From an uncultured Gammaproteobacteria bacterium (GTDB taxonomy: Bacteria; Pseudomonadota; Gammaproteobacteria; UBA9214), in assembly GCA_963748215.1 (NCBI GenBank), contig CAVVHS010000006.1:448001-512000 (forward strand): a DNA stretch of 64,000 nucleotides. Reading direction: 5' to 3'. Both the position numbers and the translations under genes were made by a program. Position 1 is the first letter of the stretch, and every line of letters starts with the position of its first letter. Positions 1-10,142 of this stretch are shown one piece after another. The notes below the pieces were generated by a model. It made no database searches. It saw only the letters and a list, made by a program, of their open reading frames with translations, and was not told the DNA's origin.

Positions 1-316
1 GCTGCAGCAATTTCGAGAGCTGTTCGTAATCCTGGTTGTCGCCTTGCAGTGGCAGGCGCTTGATGAGCCCGCCGTCACGATCTCCTACTTCAATGCCATC
101 CGCGCGCACCACTATTTCCAGATGAAATTCCCGGGGCTCGTCCTGGTTCGACGCGCTGGCAGCCGCCGGCAGGTTGAGTTCCAGGATTGTGATGCGCGAA
201 AACACTGCGGTCATCAGCAGGAATGGTACCAGGATCACCATGAGGTTCATGAATGCGGTGATATTGATATCACCCGGATCCTCTGAACGACGGCGGCGAT
301 TGAAGCGGTTCCTCAT
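1..316 (-). CDS. ExbD/TolR-family protein (runs off the window edge)
   Basis: Hand translation from ATG at 316: MRNRFNRRRRSEDPGDINITAFMNLMVILVPFLLMTAVFSRITILELNLP; basic N-terminus, one TM helix, LNLP motif; ATG overlaps the stop of the upstream ExbB-like gene. Confidence 0.9.
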   Translation of the reverse strand, partial: MRNRFNRRRRSEDPGDINITAFMNLMVILVPFLLMTAVFSRITILELNLPAAASASNQDEPREFHLEIVVRADGIEVGDRDGGLIKRLPLQGDNQDYEQLSKLLQ

Positions 317-963
317 CAGGCCTTACCTTCCAGCGGCTTCTCGGTAATGCTGTTGATGAACTTTACCGAGGCCATTTCCAGGCTGTCGATCAGCTGCGTG
401 GTCTTGGTCTGCAGCACGGCGTAGATCAGCAGAAGCGGGATGGCAACCATCAGGCCGAATGCCGTGGTGTTCATTGCGACCGAGATGCTGGCGGACAACA
501 TGTCTGCTTTTTCGGACGGGTTGGCCGAGGCCACCGCGGTGAATGCCTGGATCAGGCCGATAATGGTGCCGAGCAGACCAAGCAGTGTGGCGATGTTGGC
601 GAAGGTCGCGAGGTAAGGAGTGCGTTTTTCGAAGTTCGGCACGGTCTCCATCAAGCCCTCTTCCATCGCAATCTCGACATCGTCGCGTCGACGCGAAGAC
701 CGGGCGCGGCTCAATCCGTAGCTGAGGATGTGACTGATGGCCGAGCGGGACTTTTCAGTCAGCATGGCCACCTGCAGGTAATCGCCCTTGGCAAGATGCG
801 GGGCCAGCTTTTTCCACAATCGGTGGTTGCTGCTGCTTGCCGCGCTGAGGTAAATGTAGCGTTCAACGGCAATAGCCAGGCCCAGCGCCAGCACCAGCAC
901 AATCGGGTACATAAAAAAACCTCCCGACTGAAAGAAACCGACAAATGTAGTATAGAAATCCAT
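316..963 (-). CDS. MotA/TolQ/ExbB proton channel family protein
   Basis: 215 aa; GGFFMYPI, ATLLGLLGTIIGLIQAF, ISVAMNTTAFGLMVAIP motifs. Confidence 0.95.
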   Translation of the reverse strand: MDFYTTFVGFFQSGGFFMYPIVLVLALGLAIAVERYIYLSAASSSNHRLWKKLAPHLAKGDYLQVAMLTEKSRSAISHILSYGLSRARSSRRRDDVEIAMEEGLMETVPNFEKRTPYLATFANIATLLGLLGTIIGLIQAFTAVASANPSEKADMLSASISVAMNTTAFGLMVAIPLLLIYAVLQTKTTQLIDSLEMASVKFINSITEKPLEGKA

Positions 964-1074
964 GGTTATGCTCCTGTAGCTTCCCCGGTAATTAGTGAGT
1001 CAATACACTGCGGTGCAGGCTTTTCTGCCCATCGGCATGCTGCGCAAAAAGTTCAATTACCTTACATTTACTGA

Positions 1075-1359
1075 TCATTTGGAACTGTGAACTGCTTCGT
1101 AGTAATCAAGTTCCCTGAGAAACACGTCACGGTCGATGGGTGCAAGAATCTCGTCGACGAGGCTGTTCATCGGGCGTGCCGCCAGATCACCTGCCTCTGC
1201 TGATTTCCAGGGTACGATGTGCAAGGCCTTGGGTAGTTCCTGGTTGCCGGTGATGGTGGTGCCCTCCAGATCCAGCCTGTCGGCGGCATATGCACAGGTT
1301 CCCGCGAGGAAATGCCCTAGCAGGATGCCAATAACAGTCAAACTGGCAGTGTGTTTCAT
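1075..1359 (-). CDS. small exported conserved protein (positional GltF-like candidate)
   Basis: 94 aa with signal peptide; LEGTTITGNQELPKALHIVPWK; start overlaps the stop of the preceding TPR gene. Confidence 0.75.
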   Translation of the reverse strand: MKHTASLTVIGILLGHFLAGTCAYAADRLDLEGTTITGNQELPKALHIVPWKSAEAGDLAARPMNSLVDEILAPIDRDVFLRELDYYEAVHSSK

Positions 1360-1982
1360 CGTTTTTCTCCGGTAGCGACATTGACCTGGCTGGTTTGCTC
1401 GCGTAGTGCATCAATCCATGCAAGCAGCTGTTTGTCATCCGACTGAGTCAGTTGCTGATATCGCTCGTAGTGGAGCAACGCCTGCGCCGGGTTTGGCAGG
1501 TAACGGTCGTAGAGAACGCCGAGGTTCCAGTGGATATCCTCATTGTTCGGGTTTATTTTCAGTCCCTCGTTGTATACAGCAGCGGCTGCCTCCAGTCGCC
1601 CGCTACGACGGTAAATGATACCCAGCTCGTTATAGGCAACAACCTGGCTGGCATTGGCCTCGATGGCTTTATCGAATGCAAGCTCTGCACCTGCGGTATC
1701 GCCAATCTTGGAGCGTGCAATACCGAGATTCGTCCACGGACCTGAAAGGCGTGGATCATTTGCAGTGATTGCATCGAGTTTTTCCATGGCGGTATACCAG
1801 TCACCGGCTTTCATAAGCTGCAAGGCGGCCTGAAATTCGCCTTCGACATCTGTGATCGTTTTGGTTGTGGTAACCGGCGTATCAAATCCGGTCGACAAGG
1901 CCTGTTCACGCGGTGTGGTGGCACATCCGCCCAGCGCGATGAGAAGCATGAAAACTGTTACATTAACGTAGCGATGCGACAT
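1356..1982 (-). CDS. TPR lipoprotein (GltE-like)
   Basis: Probable start MSHRYVNV at 1982; lipobox LGGC; TPR repeats (GPWTNLGI, AYNELGII, IHWNLGVLYD). Confidence 0.85.
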   Translation of the reverse strand: MSHRYVNVTVFMLLIALGGCATTPREQALSTGFDTPVTTTKTITDVEGEFQAALQLMKAGDWYTAMEKLDAITANDPRLSGPWTNLGIARSKIGDTAGAELAFDKAIEANASQVVAYNELGIIYRRSGRLEAAAAVYNEGLKINPNNEDIHWNLGVLYDRYLPNPAQALLHYERYQQLTQSDDKQLLAWIDALREQTSQVNVATGEKR

Positions 1983-4761
1983 AGTCTGTGCTCCTTTCCT
2001 GCTTCGCGTACTTGCCCGGGACCAGCCGAGCCAGCTCATGCAGGCTCTTCTCGATCCATGCGTCAAACATGCCGGACTCGGTACGGGCTGCATTGGTTTC
2101 ATGCAATGCAATGGCCTGCTCTTCGAACGGATACGCCTGATCTTCCAGCAGGATACTGTATTCTTCCAGTGCCTCGGCATTCAGGTTCTTCGGACGCTCG
2201 GATTCCATCAGTGATCTGCCAAGATGCATGTACAGTTGTGCGGTATGGTAGGCGGCTGCCGTGGTAACTATGGCCACGTCATAGGCGGCGGCCTGTTCAT
2301 ACTGTGACAGGGTTGCTTCCAGCAGGCGTTTCTTGCTGGCCAGCGTCTTGTTCAGCGGAAGCTTCAGGGCAACAGCCTGGTACTTGGCGTTCTGTGCATC
2401 GGCCAGTGTCAGGCGTGCGTGTGCGGCGAGATAGCGTGTGCGATCGGTGCGGTTGTTGCCGGCCTGCGCATCGGCCGTGATAATTGCCTGCAGCCACTCG
2501 TGCCATTGCCGCGTATCACCGAGCGACTTGTATTGATCTGCAACGCGTTGCCGTGCCTCGATGGCGGTCGCTACCGGTTGCGGGAATTGCTTGATATAGT
2601 AGATATAAATTGCTGTCGACTGATCGCTGCGCCCGGCCCTGGCATACAGCTCGGCGGCCTGCCACAGGGCGTCACTGCGCAGCTGTGCATCAGCGTCACT
2701 GCGTCCGATACGTTCGAATTCCTGCGCGGCCTGAAGCGGACGTGCGCTGGCAAGATAGGCCGTCGCCAGTCGCCGCGTCACTTCCTCCTGGCGGGGATCA
2801 TCCGGATAAGTGCTGCGGAACTGCTCGAGAGTACTGGCTGCAGCGCCGAAATCATTCAGGTGCATCAGCCCGGCTGCGGCATCATATTCCGCGGTGGCAA
2901 CAATGCTTGCTGTCGGTGCGGCATTACGCACACGCTGGAAATGCCCAACAGCAGCGCGGGTGTCGCCGACCGCTTGCGCAGCTTCACCCTGTTTGTAAAT
3001 AGATGCCGCAAGTCTCTCTGTTAATTGATTAATATCCTTGTTATTTGCGGCCGTTCGCGCGAGTACCTGCTGGTAGGCCTGCTCGGCATGCAGGAAGTCC
3101 TGCAGGTCAAAGTAGGCGTGTGCCTGGACCGTCCAGCTTACCCGTTGCTGATCCCGGGTGGCGCTGGCATCGTCGATGACCAGCTGCGCCACCTGTATGG
3201 CACGCGTGTTTTCGTTGATCGCCAGTAATTGTTCCGCGGACCGGGTCAGCACGGCGAGGGATTGCGGATGTTTAGGGAAGCTGGCAGCGAAGCGAAGCGC
3301 ATTCTCTATGGACTCACGATGCCATACAGCCTGATCAGCTCCGGAGAGTCGCGTTTCTTCCTTGCCATACGCGAGCACCGAGGCATAGCCGGCCTCGGCA
3401 GCCTTGTCATGATCACCGTAATCATAGGCGGTGCGCACGAATTCCATGCTGGCTTCCCGGTAGTTGCCCGATTCGTCGAGTAATTCAGCCAGCAAAAAGT
3501 TCATCCCTGCTGCTTCGGGATCCTTGGCAAACGAACCGAGCCAGGTGCGATACCAGTGCGTGGCTTCGGCGTAATCTTCCTGCTTGCGGGATTTTTGTGC
3601 CTGGGCATGATAGTGTCGCGACAGATCGGTCATCGTGACCTTAAGGAAGCCCAGCACCTGGCCTGCTTCGGCCATATCGTGATGCTGCCAGTATTCGCCC
3701 TGCAGATTGTAGCGATCGACGAAATCCTTCTTGCCCTGTAATACCAGTGAGGGGAATTTTCCGGCCTGGTAGGCGTCGATTACACGCATTTGGAAGGCAG
3801 GCGCCTGGCGGTGAATCAGGTTGTTCGAGACGAATGCCCCGAATGTCTCGGCGGCATCGGTGTATCGTTCCTTGTCCAGATACAGCTTGCCCAGGTGGTC
3901 ATACACGACATCTTCGTAGTGACGTGTGCCATGCTCTGCATAGTATGCCGCTACTGAGCGGGCGCCCTCTTCATAGGAGAAGCTCAGGCTCATTACACGC
4001 AAGGTGTCCTCCACCATTTCCCTCTCCGCGCGTTCAAGCCCGGCCAGCCTGTCATTGTCATCCAGATTGTTTGCGAGTTTGCGGTCAAGCAGGTCGGTAA
4101 AGGCGTCGAGTCCTTCGGTAAACAACCCCTGCTTGAAATAACACCAACCCAGCTTGTAGATTGACTGCTGAAAGAACGGATTGTCATCACCACTGTCAAC
4201 AACTGCCTGATAGGCGAGCTCGGATCCGCGGTAATCCTTCTTGATAAAAAGTATTTCTCCCATCCGGAATTGCGACTCGAGTCGATGGTTGCTATCCGGG
4301 TATTGCCTTACAAGCTGATTCAGTTTAACCAGCGATTTATCCGGTTCCCCGCCCATTTCATAGGCGCGTGCCAGTTGATAGAGTACGGAATCATTGTCCG
4401 GGCGATCCGGGTAGTTTTCCAGTACCTGCTGGTAGAGAAGAATCGAGTCTTGTACCTGTTGCGGGTATTGAACCACCAGTTCAGGTTCTGTCGTTTCTGC
4501 TTCCGGTAGAACGTCAGACTCGAGGTTGATATCCGCCAGGCGGCGCATGGCTTGTGGGCGGGCCTCTGACCGGTCACTGGTTTCCAGGAAACGTCGATAC
4601 GCATTCATCGCCTGCTGTTCAGTCGATTCAATCGGCACATCATCCAGCCTGACCGGGCGACTGCCAAGATCAGCGATTGTAGGCGCGTCGTCACCACGAA
4701 ATATCGAGCAACCAGTGCTAACGTATGCAAAGGTCAGCAGTATCGGCAGACAGCGTTTCAT
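1963..4761 (-). CDS. large TPR lipoprotein (GltD-like)
   Basis: 932 aa; lipobox STGC; many TPR repeats (VLYQLARAY, SQFRMGEILF, SIYKLGWCYF); C-terminal LLEDQAYPFEEQAIALHE. Confidence 0.88.
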   Translation of the reverse strand: MKRCLPILLTFAYVSTGCSIFRGDDAPTIADLGSRPVRLDDVPIESTEQQAMNAYRRFLETSDRSEARPQAMRRLADINLESDVLPEAETTEPELVVQYPQQVQDSILLYQQVLENYPDRPDNDSVLYQLARAYEMGGEPDKSLVKLNQLVRQYPDSNHRLESQFRMGEILFIKKDYRGSELAYQAVVDSGDDNPFFQQSIYKLGWCYFKQGLFTEGLDAFTDLLDRKLANNLDDNDRLAGLERAEREMVEDTLRVMSLSFSYEEGARSVAAYYAEHGTRHYEDVVYDHLGKLYLDKERYTDAAETFGAFVSNNLIHRQAPAFQMRVIDAYQAGKFPSLVLQGKKDFVDRYNLQGEYWQHHDMAEAGQVLGFLKVTMTDLSRHYHAQAQKSRKQEDYAEATHWYRTWLGSFAKDPEAAGMNFLLAELLDESGNYREASMEFVRTAYDYGDHDKAAEAGYASVLAYGKEETRLSGADQAVWHRESIENALRFAASFPKHPQSLAVLTRSAEQLLAINENTRAIQVAQLVIDDASATRDQQRVSWTVQAHAYFDLQDFLHAEQAYQQVLARTAANNKDINQLTERLAASIYKQGEAAQAVGDTRAAVGHFQRVRNAAPTASIVATAEYDAAAGLMHLNDFGAAASTLEQFRSTYPDDPRQEEVTRRLATAYLASARPLQAAQEFERIGRSDADAQLRSDALWQAAELYARAGRSDQSTAIYIYYIKQFPQPVATAIEARQRVADQYKSLGDTRQWHEWLQAIITADAQAGNNRTDRTRYLAAHARLTLADAQNAKYQAVALKLPLNKTLASKKRLLEATLSQYEQAAAYDVAIVTTAAAYHTAQLYMHLGRSLMESERPKNLNAEALEEYSILLEDQAYPFEEQAIALHETNAARTESGMFDAWIEKSLHELARLVPGKYAKQERSTDYVASLR

Positions 4762-6626
4762 TGCACGACTCCCTTGCCAGGATACAGTGCATTATCGAAG
4801 GTCTGTGCCAGCGAGAATCGTGCCTGCACGATATAGGTATCAATGCGCTTTTTTTGCTGTTCAAGTTCCGCCACGGCCAGCTGCTCGATAAGCTTGCCTT
4901 GAGCGAGATGCAGCGACCCGGTTCGCTTCAGCAAGGCATGAATAAGGCTATTGTTTGTGTCAATGCGTTGTTTGAATGAGTTGAAGCCGGCGGGTGTGGT
5001 GATGCGGGCAGTGTTGAGTGACTCCAGGCCGGCTTCAGACTGCTCCAGCAGGCCGGAGACCTCGCCGAGCTGGCGTTTTGCCTGCCACAGGCGCGGTTTG
5101 TACACACTACTCAGTTGCCAGTAGAGTGCGCCTTTGACCCGAGCCAGGCGCACACGTAGTGCGCCGGTATCAGAATTTACAGGAAGTGTATCCAGCTTCC
5201 TCTTGATATCCTGTATTTTATACCATTGAGCAACTTCCTCGTTGTTGGCCAGACCGATCGGATCCCCTGCGTCCTCGATCTCTGACAGGCGGTGCCTGAG
5301 CTGGTGATGCTGTTGTTCCAGGCGGTCACGGTCATCGGAACGAAGGGCGCGCTCGGCCACAGGGCGGTTGTTTGCGAATCGATTCCGGCGTGCGGTTAGC
5401 ATGTCGTCGTATGCATCAATATTATCGGCCCAGGTCTCCAGATTATTCTGCAGCACCAGCAGGTCGCGGTAGTTCTTGACCGCTTCCTGAAACTCATGTG
5501 CCGCCATCAGAGTGACCTGATAGCGAAGTGCCGGTGACTGGGTATCCAGCGTCAGTTCCTGAAGCCAGCCGGAACCGCTGCGTAAATCCTGTCCCTGCAA
5601 TATTTCGAGTAATTCACCATTCCTGATGGCGGAAATTGAACCATCGAGTTTGTCCTTCTCATCGAACAGGGAACCGATTGCCTCGTTATAATGCTGCACA
5701 GCACGACCATGCAGGTTCATCCTTGTCATGGCGTATGGCATTGCCAGCAAGGCTTCCTGGACAGCAGGATCGGTAACATCACGCTTTCCGAGTTCCGTCC
5801 AGGGTACCAGTGCATGACCGTATTCGTCTGCTTCAGCATTGGCCCAGCCCGCACCAAGCAGTGCCTTGTTGGAAAGTGGCCCTTCCAGACGAACACGATC
5901 AAGTGAATCACGCGACTGTTTTGTAGCCCCTTCCTGCAGATAGCTGTAGCCTAGCGCAAGATTGGCCTTGTCCCGCAACAGTCGGATTTCCTCGTTGCGA
6001 CCGGACATTTCACCCAATGTGTCGAGTTCCTTTGCGCCATGGTCCAGTTGACCGCTGCGAATATAGGCAACGCCAAGGTTATAGGCGAGATAGGGAGACC
6101 ATGCCCTGGCGTCTTTTGATTCCTGCAGTACCTTGATGGCCGCATCATTCTGGCCGAGTTGCAATAACAAAAGGCTATGCAACTGGGCGGCCTCTACGCG
6201 CGTGGCCCGTGTCATGTTGCCATTGACGCGTGATAGAGCCTGAAGGGCATTGGCCGGGTCGCCGCGCTGGAATGATATCTTTGCTAGATAAAACCAGGCA
6301 CGGTTACGCGTTTGTTCGTCGCTATGTTCATCCGTCAGCATACTCTCGAAAATACGGCTGGCCTCATTACGCAACCCGTAAGAGAGATCCAGTCCACCCA
6401 GCAGCAAGTCGGCTTCGTCACCATGATTGGGGAGACGTTCCTGTTGCTGTGCAATTTGCAGACGTACGATGCTGTTGAACCAGTCATCCTGGAAATAATA
6501 AAAGAGTGTTTCTCCGTACTGGAGGTCCTGTGCAGTAGAAGGAAGATTGCGCTCAGTAGCGCATGCTGTCACCGTTTGAAGTGTCAGAACTACCGACAGG
6601 ATGCAGCTGCAGGCAATACGCAGCAT
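4758..6626 (-). CDS. exported TPR/coiled-coil protein (GltC-like candidate)
   Basis: 622 aa; signal peptide; TPR motifs (RAWFYLAKI, AYNLGVAY, ANLALGY) then coiled-coil; 4-nt overlap with the next gene. Confidence 0.85.
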   Translation of the reverse strand: MLRIACSCILSVVLTLQTVTACATERNLPSTAQDLQYGETLFYYFQDDWFNSIVRLQIAQQQERLPNHGDEADLLLGGLDLSYGLRNEASRIFESMLTDEHSDEQTRNRAWFYLAKISFQRGDPANALQALSRVNGNMTRATRVEAAQLHSLLLLQLGQNDAAIKVLQESKDARAWSPYLAYNLGVAYIRSGQLDHGAKELDTLGEMSGRNEEIRLLRDKANLALGYSYLQEGATKQSRDSLDRVRLEGPLSNKALLGAGWANAEADEYGHALVPWTELGKRDVTDPAVQEALLAMPYAMTRMNLHGRAVQHYNEAIGSLFDEKDKLDGSISAIRNGELLEILQGQDLRSGSGWLQELTLDTQSPALRYQVTLMAAHEFQEAVKNYRDLLVLQNNLETWADNIDAYDDMLTARRNRFANNRPVAERALRSDDRDRLEQQHHQLRHRLSEIEDAGDPIGLANNEEVAQWYKIQDIKRKLDTLPVNSDTGALRVRLARVKGALYWQLSSVYKPRLWQAKRQLGEVSGLLEQSEAGLESLNTARITTPAGFNSFKQRIDTNNSLIHALLKRTGSLHLAQGKLIEQLAVAELEQQKKRIDTYIVQARFSLAQTFDNALYPGKGVVQ

Positions 6627-6629
6627 GGT

Positions 6630-7178
6630 TTATTCCCATTCCTTGATACTGAAGTCCGGTTGTTCGCTGCTCGGATTGTCGACGATTTTTACTTCGACAT
6701 ATTTCGCGCCGAGACTCTTGTTGATAACAAGACTGGCACCACGGCGATAGTCACGGCCCTTCGGGCCCATGCCGGTATATACTGCAACGAGTTCGTGTTC
6801 ACCAGCCTTGAGATTTCCCATATACAGGCGCTGGATCCCTCCCCTGTGCAGGGCATCGACCTCACGCTGGGTGTAGAGATAATTGCTTACAACCTTGTCA
6901 TCGACCTTGAGCTGCACCGAGTCAAGCTTGAAAAATTCCCCGACATCAACAGACACGAATACGGCCAGTTGTGTGTTGGCCGGATACAACAGTTCCTCTT
7001 CAAGGATGAACAAGTCACGGTTTAGTGCGATAACATCCTGTTTCAGCGATTGAATATTTTCATCCAGGCCGGCGGCGGCCGGTGATTCTGCCTGCGCAAC
7101 ATTGAGTAACAGCATCATAATAATGCCAACGATGACAAATTTGATTGAACGATCGGGAAATTCTGGATGCAACATCAT
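6630..7178 (-). CDS. conserved exported hypothetical protein
   Basis: 182 aa; signal peptide, short coiled coil (IQSLKQDVIALNRDL), then beta-rich domain; 3 nt from the next gene. Confidence 0.8.
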   Translation of the reverse strand: MMLHPEFPDRSIKFVIVGIIMMLLLNVAQAESPAAAGLDENIQSLKQDVIALNRDLFILEEELLYPANTQLAVFVSVDVGEFFKLDSVQLKVDDKVVSNYLYTQREVDALHRGGIQRLYMGNLKAGEHELVAVYTGMGPKGRDYRRGASLVINKSLGAKYVEVKIVDNPSSEQPDFSIKEWE

Positions 7179-7308
7179 GGACCTCGAAGTATCAGCACTG
7201 AAATATGCTGTCTATCTGCAAATATGTCGGTCCCTGCTGGAAAATATTGACTTAATTTTGTCGTTTAAGTGATTGCAGGAAAGTCTGCGCCAGACGGGGC
7301 ATGGAGAG

Positions 7309-7324
7309 TGTGCGCCGGTTCACA
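7309..7324. promoter_or_regulatory. CRP-like site
   Basis: TGTGC-GCCGGT-TCACA (9/10 match to TGTGA-N6-TCACA) in the intergenic region upstream of the TPR/ExbBD operon. Confidence 0.4.
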
Positions 7325-7385
7325 ATTCGGGTCGTGCTAGCCTGTTTATGCTAACGACGGATAGCAGACAGGTACACCCGGCTGT

Positions 7386-8366
7386 CTAGTGCGTGAGTTG
7401 TTCCAGGCCATCCGAATAGTGCATTTTTCCCTGGTTGTCGATAATGACTGCCTCGGTGTCCGGCAAGGTATTTATCAATGACAGCCCCTTGGTGACGCCT
7501 AGTACAAAAACGCTGGTCGACAGCGCATCCGTATGTGTGGCATTGGTGCCGATAATTGTCGTGCTGTGCACCTCGCGGGGAGAGTCCCCCGTGCCGGGGT
7601 TGAGAATGTGGTGATAACGTATGCCATCCTGGTCGAAAAAGCGTTCATAATCGCCGGAAGTTGAAATTGCCGCGTCTTCCAGCGGAATTCTTGTGATTAT
7701 GCCATCGTGTTTGCGCGGGTCGCGGACTCCGATCATCCAGGGATGTTTCCAGCGTCTGCCGATTACCCGGGTATCCCCCCCGGCGGTGACCAGGGCATTA
7801 CTGATACCGGCTGCCTGCAGCATGGCAATGCATCGGTCTACGGCATAGCCCTTGGCAATACCGCCGAGATCGATGCGCACGCCGGGTTGTGTGAATCTGA
7901 CAGATGAATGTGTCTTGTCCAGTATTACGTGACGATAGCTGATTGCCGGCAGCGCCGCAGCAAGCTGCTGGTCGTCAGGTTTCCTGCCGGTTCGATAATC
8001 GTAATATTGTCCGGCACTGGCATAGGTGATATCGAAGGCACCATCGGTTATGTCCGAATACCGAAGAGCCTGCTCGATCAGGGCGAATAGTTCAGTGCTG
8101 ACAATGACGGCTTGTGTAGCAGACTCTGCATTGACGCGTGACAATTCGCTCTCGGCCTTGTAGCTACTCATCAGCTGATCAATACGGCGCATTTCATCCA
8201 TGGCAGCGTCGATCAGTGACCTGCCTTGATGTTCGTCGTCATGCCACAGTTCCACATTCACGGCCGTGCCCATGATGGCGGCTTCGTCGCGAAACCAATC
8301 GGCACATGCCAGGCCTGGTAGCAAGAGCATGGTCAGAACAAACGCATGATATTTCAGCTGCCTCAT
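7386..8366 (-). CDS. apbE: FAD:protein FMN transferase
   Basis: IMGTAV, TDGAFDIT, IDLGGIAKGYAVD, AGGD, AISTSGDYER, YHHILNP, DALST motifs; probable start MRQLKY. Confidence 0.95.
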   Translation of the reverse strand: MRQLKYHAFVLTMLLLPGLACADWFRDEAAIMGTAVNVELWHDDEHQGRSLIDAAMDEMRRIDQLMSSYKAESELSRVNAESATQAVIVSTELFALIEQALRYSDITDGAFDITYASAGQYYDYRTGRKPDDQQLAAALPAISYRHVILDKTHSSVRFTQPGVRIDLGGIAKGYAVDRCIAMLQAAGISNALVTAGGDTRVIGRRWKHPWMIGVRDPRKHDGIITRIPLEDAAISTSGDYERFFDQDGIRYHHILNPGTGDSPREVHSTTIIGTNATHTDALSTSVFVLGVTKGLSLINTLPDTEAVIIDNQGKMHYSDGLEQLTH

Positions 8367-8510
8367 GGCTGACGTTATCGGCACATGGCAGATTAGATTG
8401 ACTGGAGGCAGCCCGGATGAAAAGCCCGTAAGCAGGGGGGATGGCTGCAATGACAACCCCGGATTACGGAATTACTGCCCACATCCGGGCTGCAGGGAAA
8501 GGATGGCCGG

Positions 8511-10124
8511 TTAGATCACACCATTCACAATCGGGTTGAATGCAGTCAGGCTGTCCATCAGTGTCGCGTTGCCCAGGCCGTGGCCGGGGAACAGCGTCGG
8601 GAAACTCGCGGCCTCACCGTGCAACGCCATGTAGTTGAGGATTACTGTTTCGACCAGCAGGTTGACCTGTAGCGCAGCGGGCGTGGCATTGGTCTCGACC
8701 GAGGCGTCGGGGCGCATCCAGCCGATTTGCTGGTGCATGGCCTGTTCGGCAGCCCCTGTACCCAGCAGGACGGGACGACTGCCGGGGTCGTAGACCAGAA
8801 AGAACGACGCCGCGGTGGATGAGTTGTCGCCGGTCCAGACGCCTTTACCGCCGGCGTTGCCATCCGTCATGCCGTTACTGAATACCGAACCGTCACTGAA
8901 TACATACACCATAAGCGGTACGCCATTGCCGTTGTTGGCACGGGCCGCATATTCCAGGCAGGCACCGATACAGCGTCCAGCGCGCAAATCACGTGCTTCG
9001 CCCGTGGCACGGTCACCGGTGTGGTAATCGAAGCCGCCCATGGTAACGGTACCGGCACCGGCAAAGCCGTTGACGACCATCTTCATGATTGAGGCGGTCT
9101 TGCGGAATTCGCTGTCATTATCGAATTCGTTTTGCGTAAAGATACCACTCGGACCGACAATATCCGGATCCTGTGCCGGGTCCAGCGAGGTAGGGTCACC
9201 GAAGCGATCGGCAATGTCTGCGGACTTCACGTAACCGCACTGCACCAGGTCCTTGATAACAGCGTCAGCGGTGACCTGGGTGTTGACGTTATCGAGTTTC
9301 TTCTTGCTGATGCGCTCAATGGATTCCATGACAGCCACGGCATCTGCCTGGCTCAGCACACCAATCAGGTCGCCGGTATCGACCATGCCGGTGACATCGC
9401 TTGGCCGGTCCACCTTGGTGGGTCGCAGGGTGGGGTCGACCATCATAGCCGGGGACATTGAATTACCGCCAGATTCCGAACTGCGCGAACCAATGAGGTC
9501 TACCACGCTGCCAAAGGCGCTGATTGTCGGGTTTGACAGTACATATTTGGCCAGACCATACATCGGGTTATGAGGATTGTTACCGGTATCGTTATCTGAA
9601 CGGGCCGGAATGATTGCACCGTTGATAGTGCCGGCGCGGGCAATTGCTTTCTCTGAAATGCCTTGCAACATGGCGCTGGTGGTGTGGAATGCGAGCCCGA
9701 AATCGGTATTGATGAAGCCGAGTCCCGTATTCGGGTCGATGGAAGCCGGTGTCATGTCACCTGGCAGACCGAGCTTGCTGTAACCCTGCGTGCTGAGGAA
9801 ATCCAGCTGCCCGCCCTGCTGACCTACCAGTACGTTGGAACCGGAGATATTGGCGCCACCTGCGAGGTCAAAGCAGATAAACGGGATCTTCCCTGCACCC
9901 AGCGTGCTGATCCCGCATGCCGACTTGAGGAGCTCAATATCTGAAGAAAGCGCAGCGGCAGCGCTACGTGGATTGGCAAACAGGCTGAACAGCGTCGGGC
10001 CTGTCAGCAGCCCCAGGCCTGCGGTCAGGCCCTGGCCAAGGAATTCACGACGGGTCCGTGGCCGGCCATGATCGTTCAGGCGTAGCGGCTCGTTGACATC
10101 GCGGAATTTACGGTTTCTGGCCAT
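8511..10124 (-). CDS. Tat-exported DUF1501-like protein
   Basis: 537 aa; TRREFL twin-arginine signal; FICFDLAGGAN, GGFDYH and VYVFSDG resemble DUF1501 motifs. Confidence 0.7.
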   Translation of the reverse strand: MARNRKFRDVNEPLRLNDHGRPRTRREFLGQGLTAGLGLLTGPTLFSLFANPRSAAAALSSDIELLKSACGISTLGAGKIPFICFDLAGGANISGSNVLVGQQGGQLDFLSTQGYSKLGLPGDMTPASIDPNTGLGFINTDFGLAFHTTSAMLQGISEKAIARAGTINGAIIPARSDNDTGNNPHNPMYGLAKYVLSNPTISAFGSVVDLIGSRSSESGGNSMSPAMMVDPTLRPTKVDRPSDVTGMVDTGDLIGVLSQADAVAVMESIERISKKKLDNVNTQVTADAVIKDLVQCGYVKSADIADRFGDPTSLDPAQDPDIVGPSGIFTQNEFDNDSEFRKTASIMKMVVNGFAGAGTVTMGGFDYHTGDRATGEARDLRAGRCIGACLEYAARANNGNGVPLMVYVFSDGSVFSNGMTDGNAGGKGVWTGDNSSTAASFFLVYDPGSRPVLLGTGAAEQAMHQQIGWMRPDASVETNATPAALQVNLLVETVILNYMALHGEAASFPTLFPGHGLGNATLMDSLTAFNPIVNGVI

Positions 10125-10142
10125 GGGGGTTTTCCTCGTGAT

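Noticed and set aside
6630-7178. AraC-type regulator (a label I recall on similar proteins)
   Set aside because: Has a signal peptide and no helix-turn-helix
8511-10124. Type II secretion GspF (a label I recall on similar proteins)
   Set aside because: Tat signal and soluble alpha/beta sequence; lacks the GspF multi-TM layout and no other gsp genes are present
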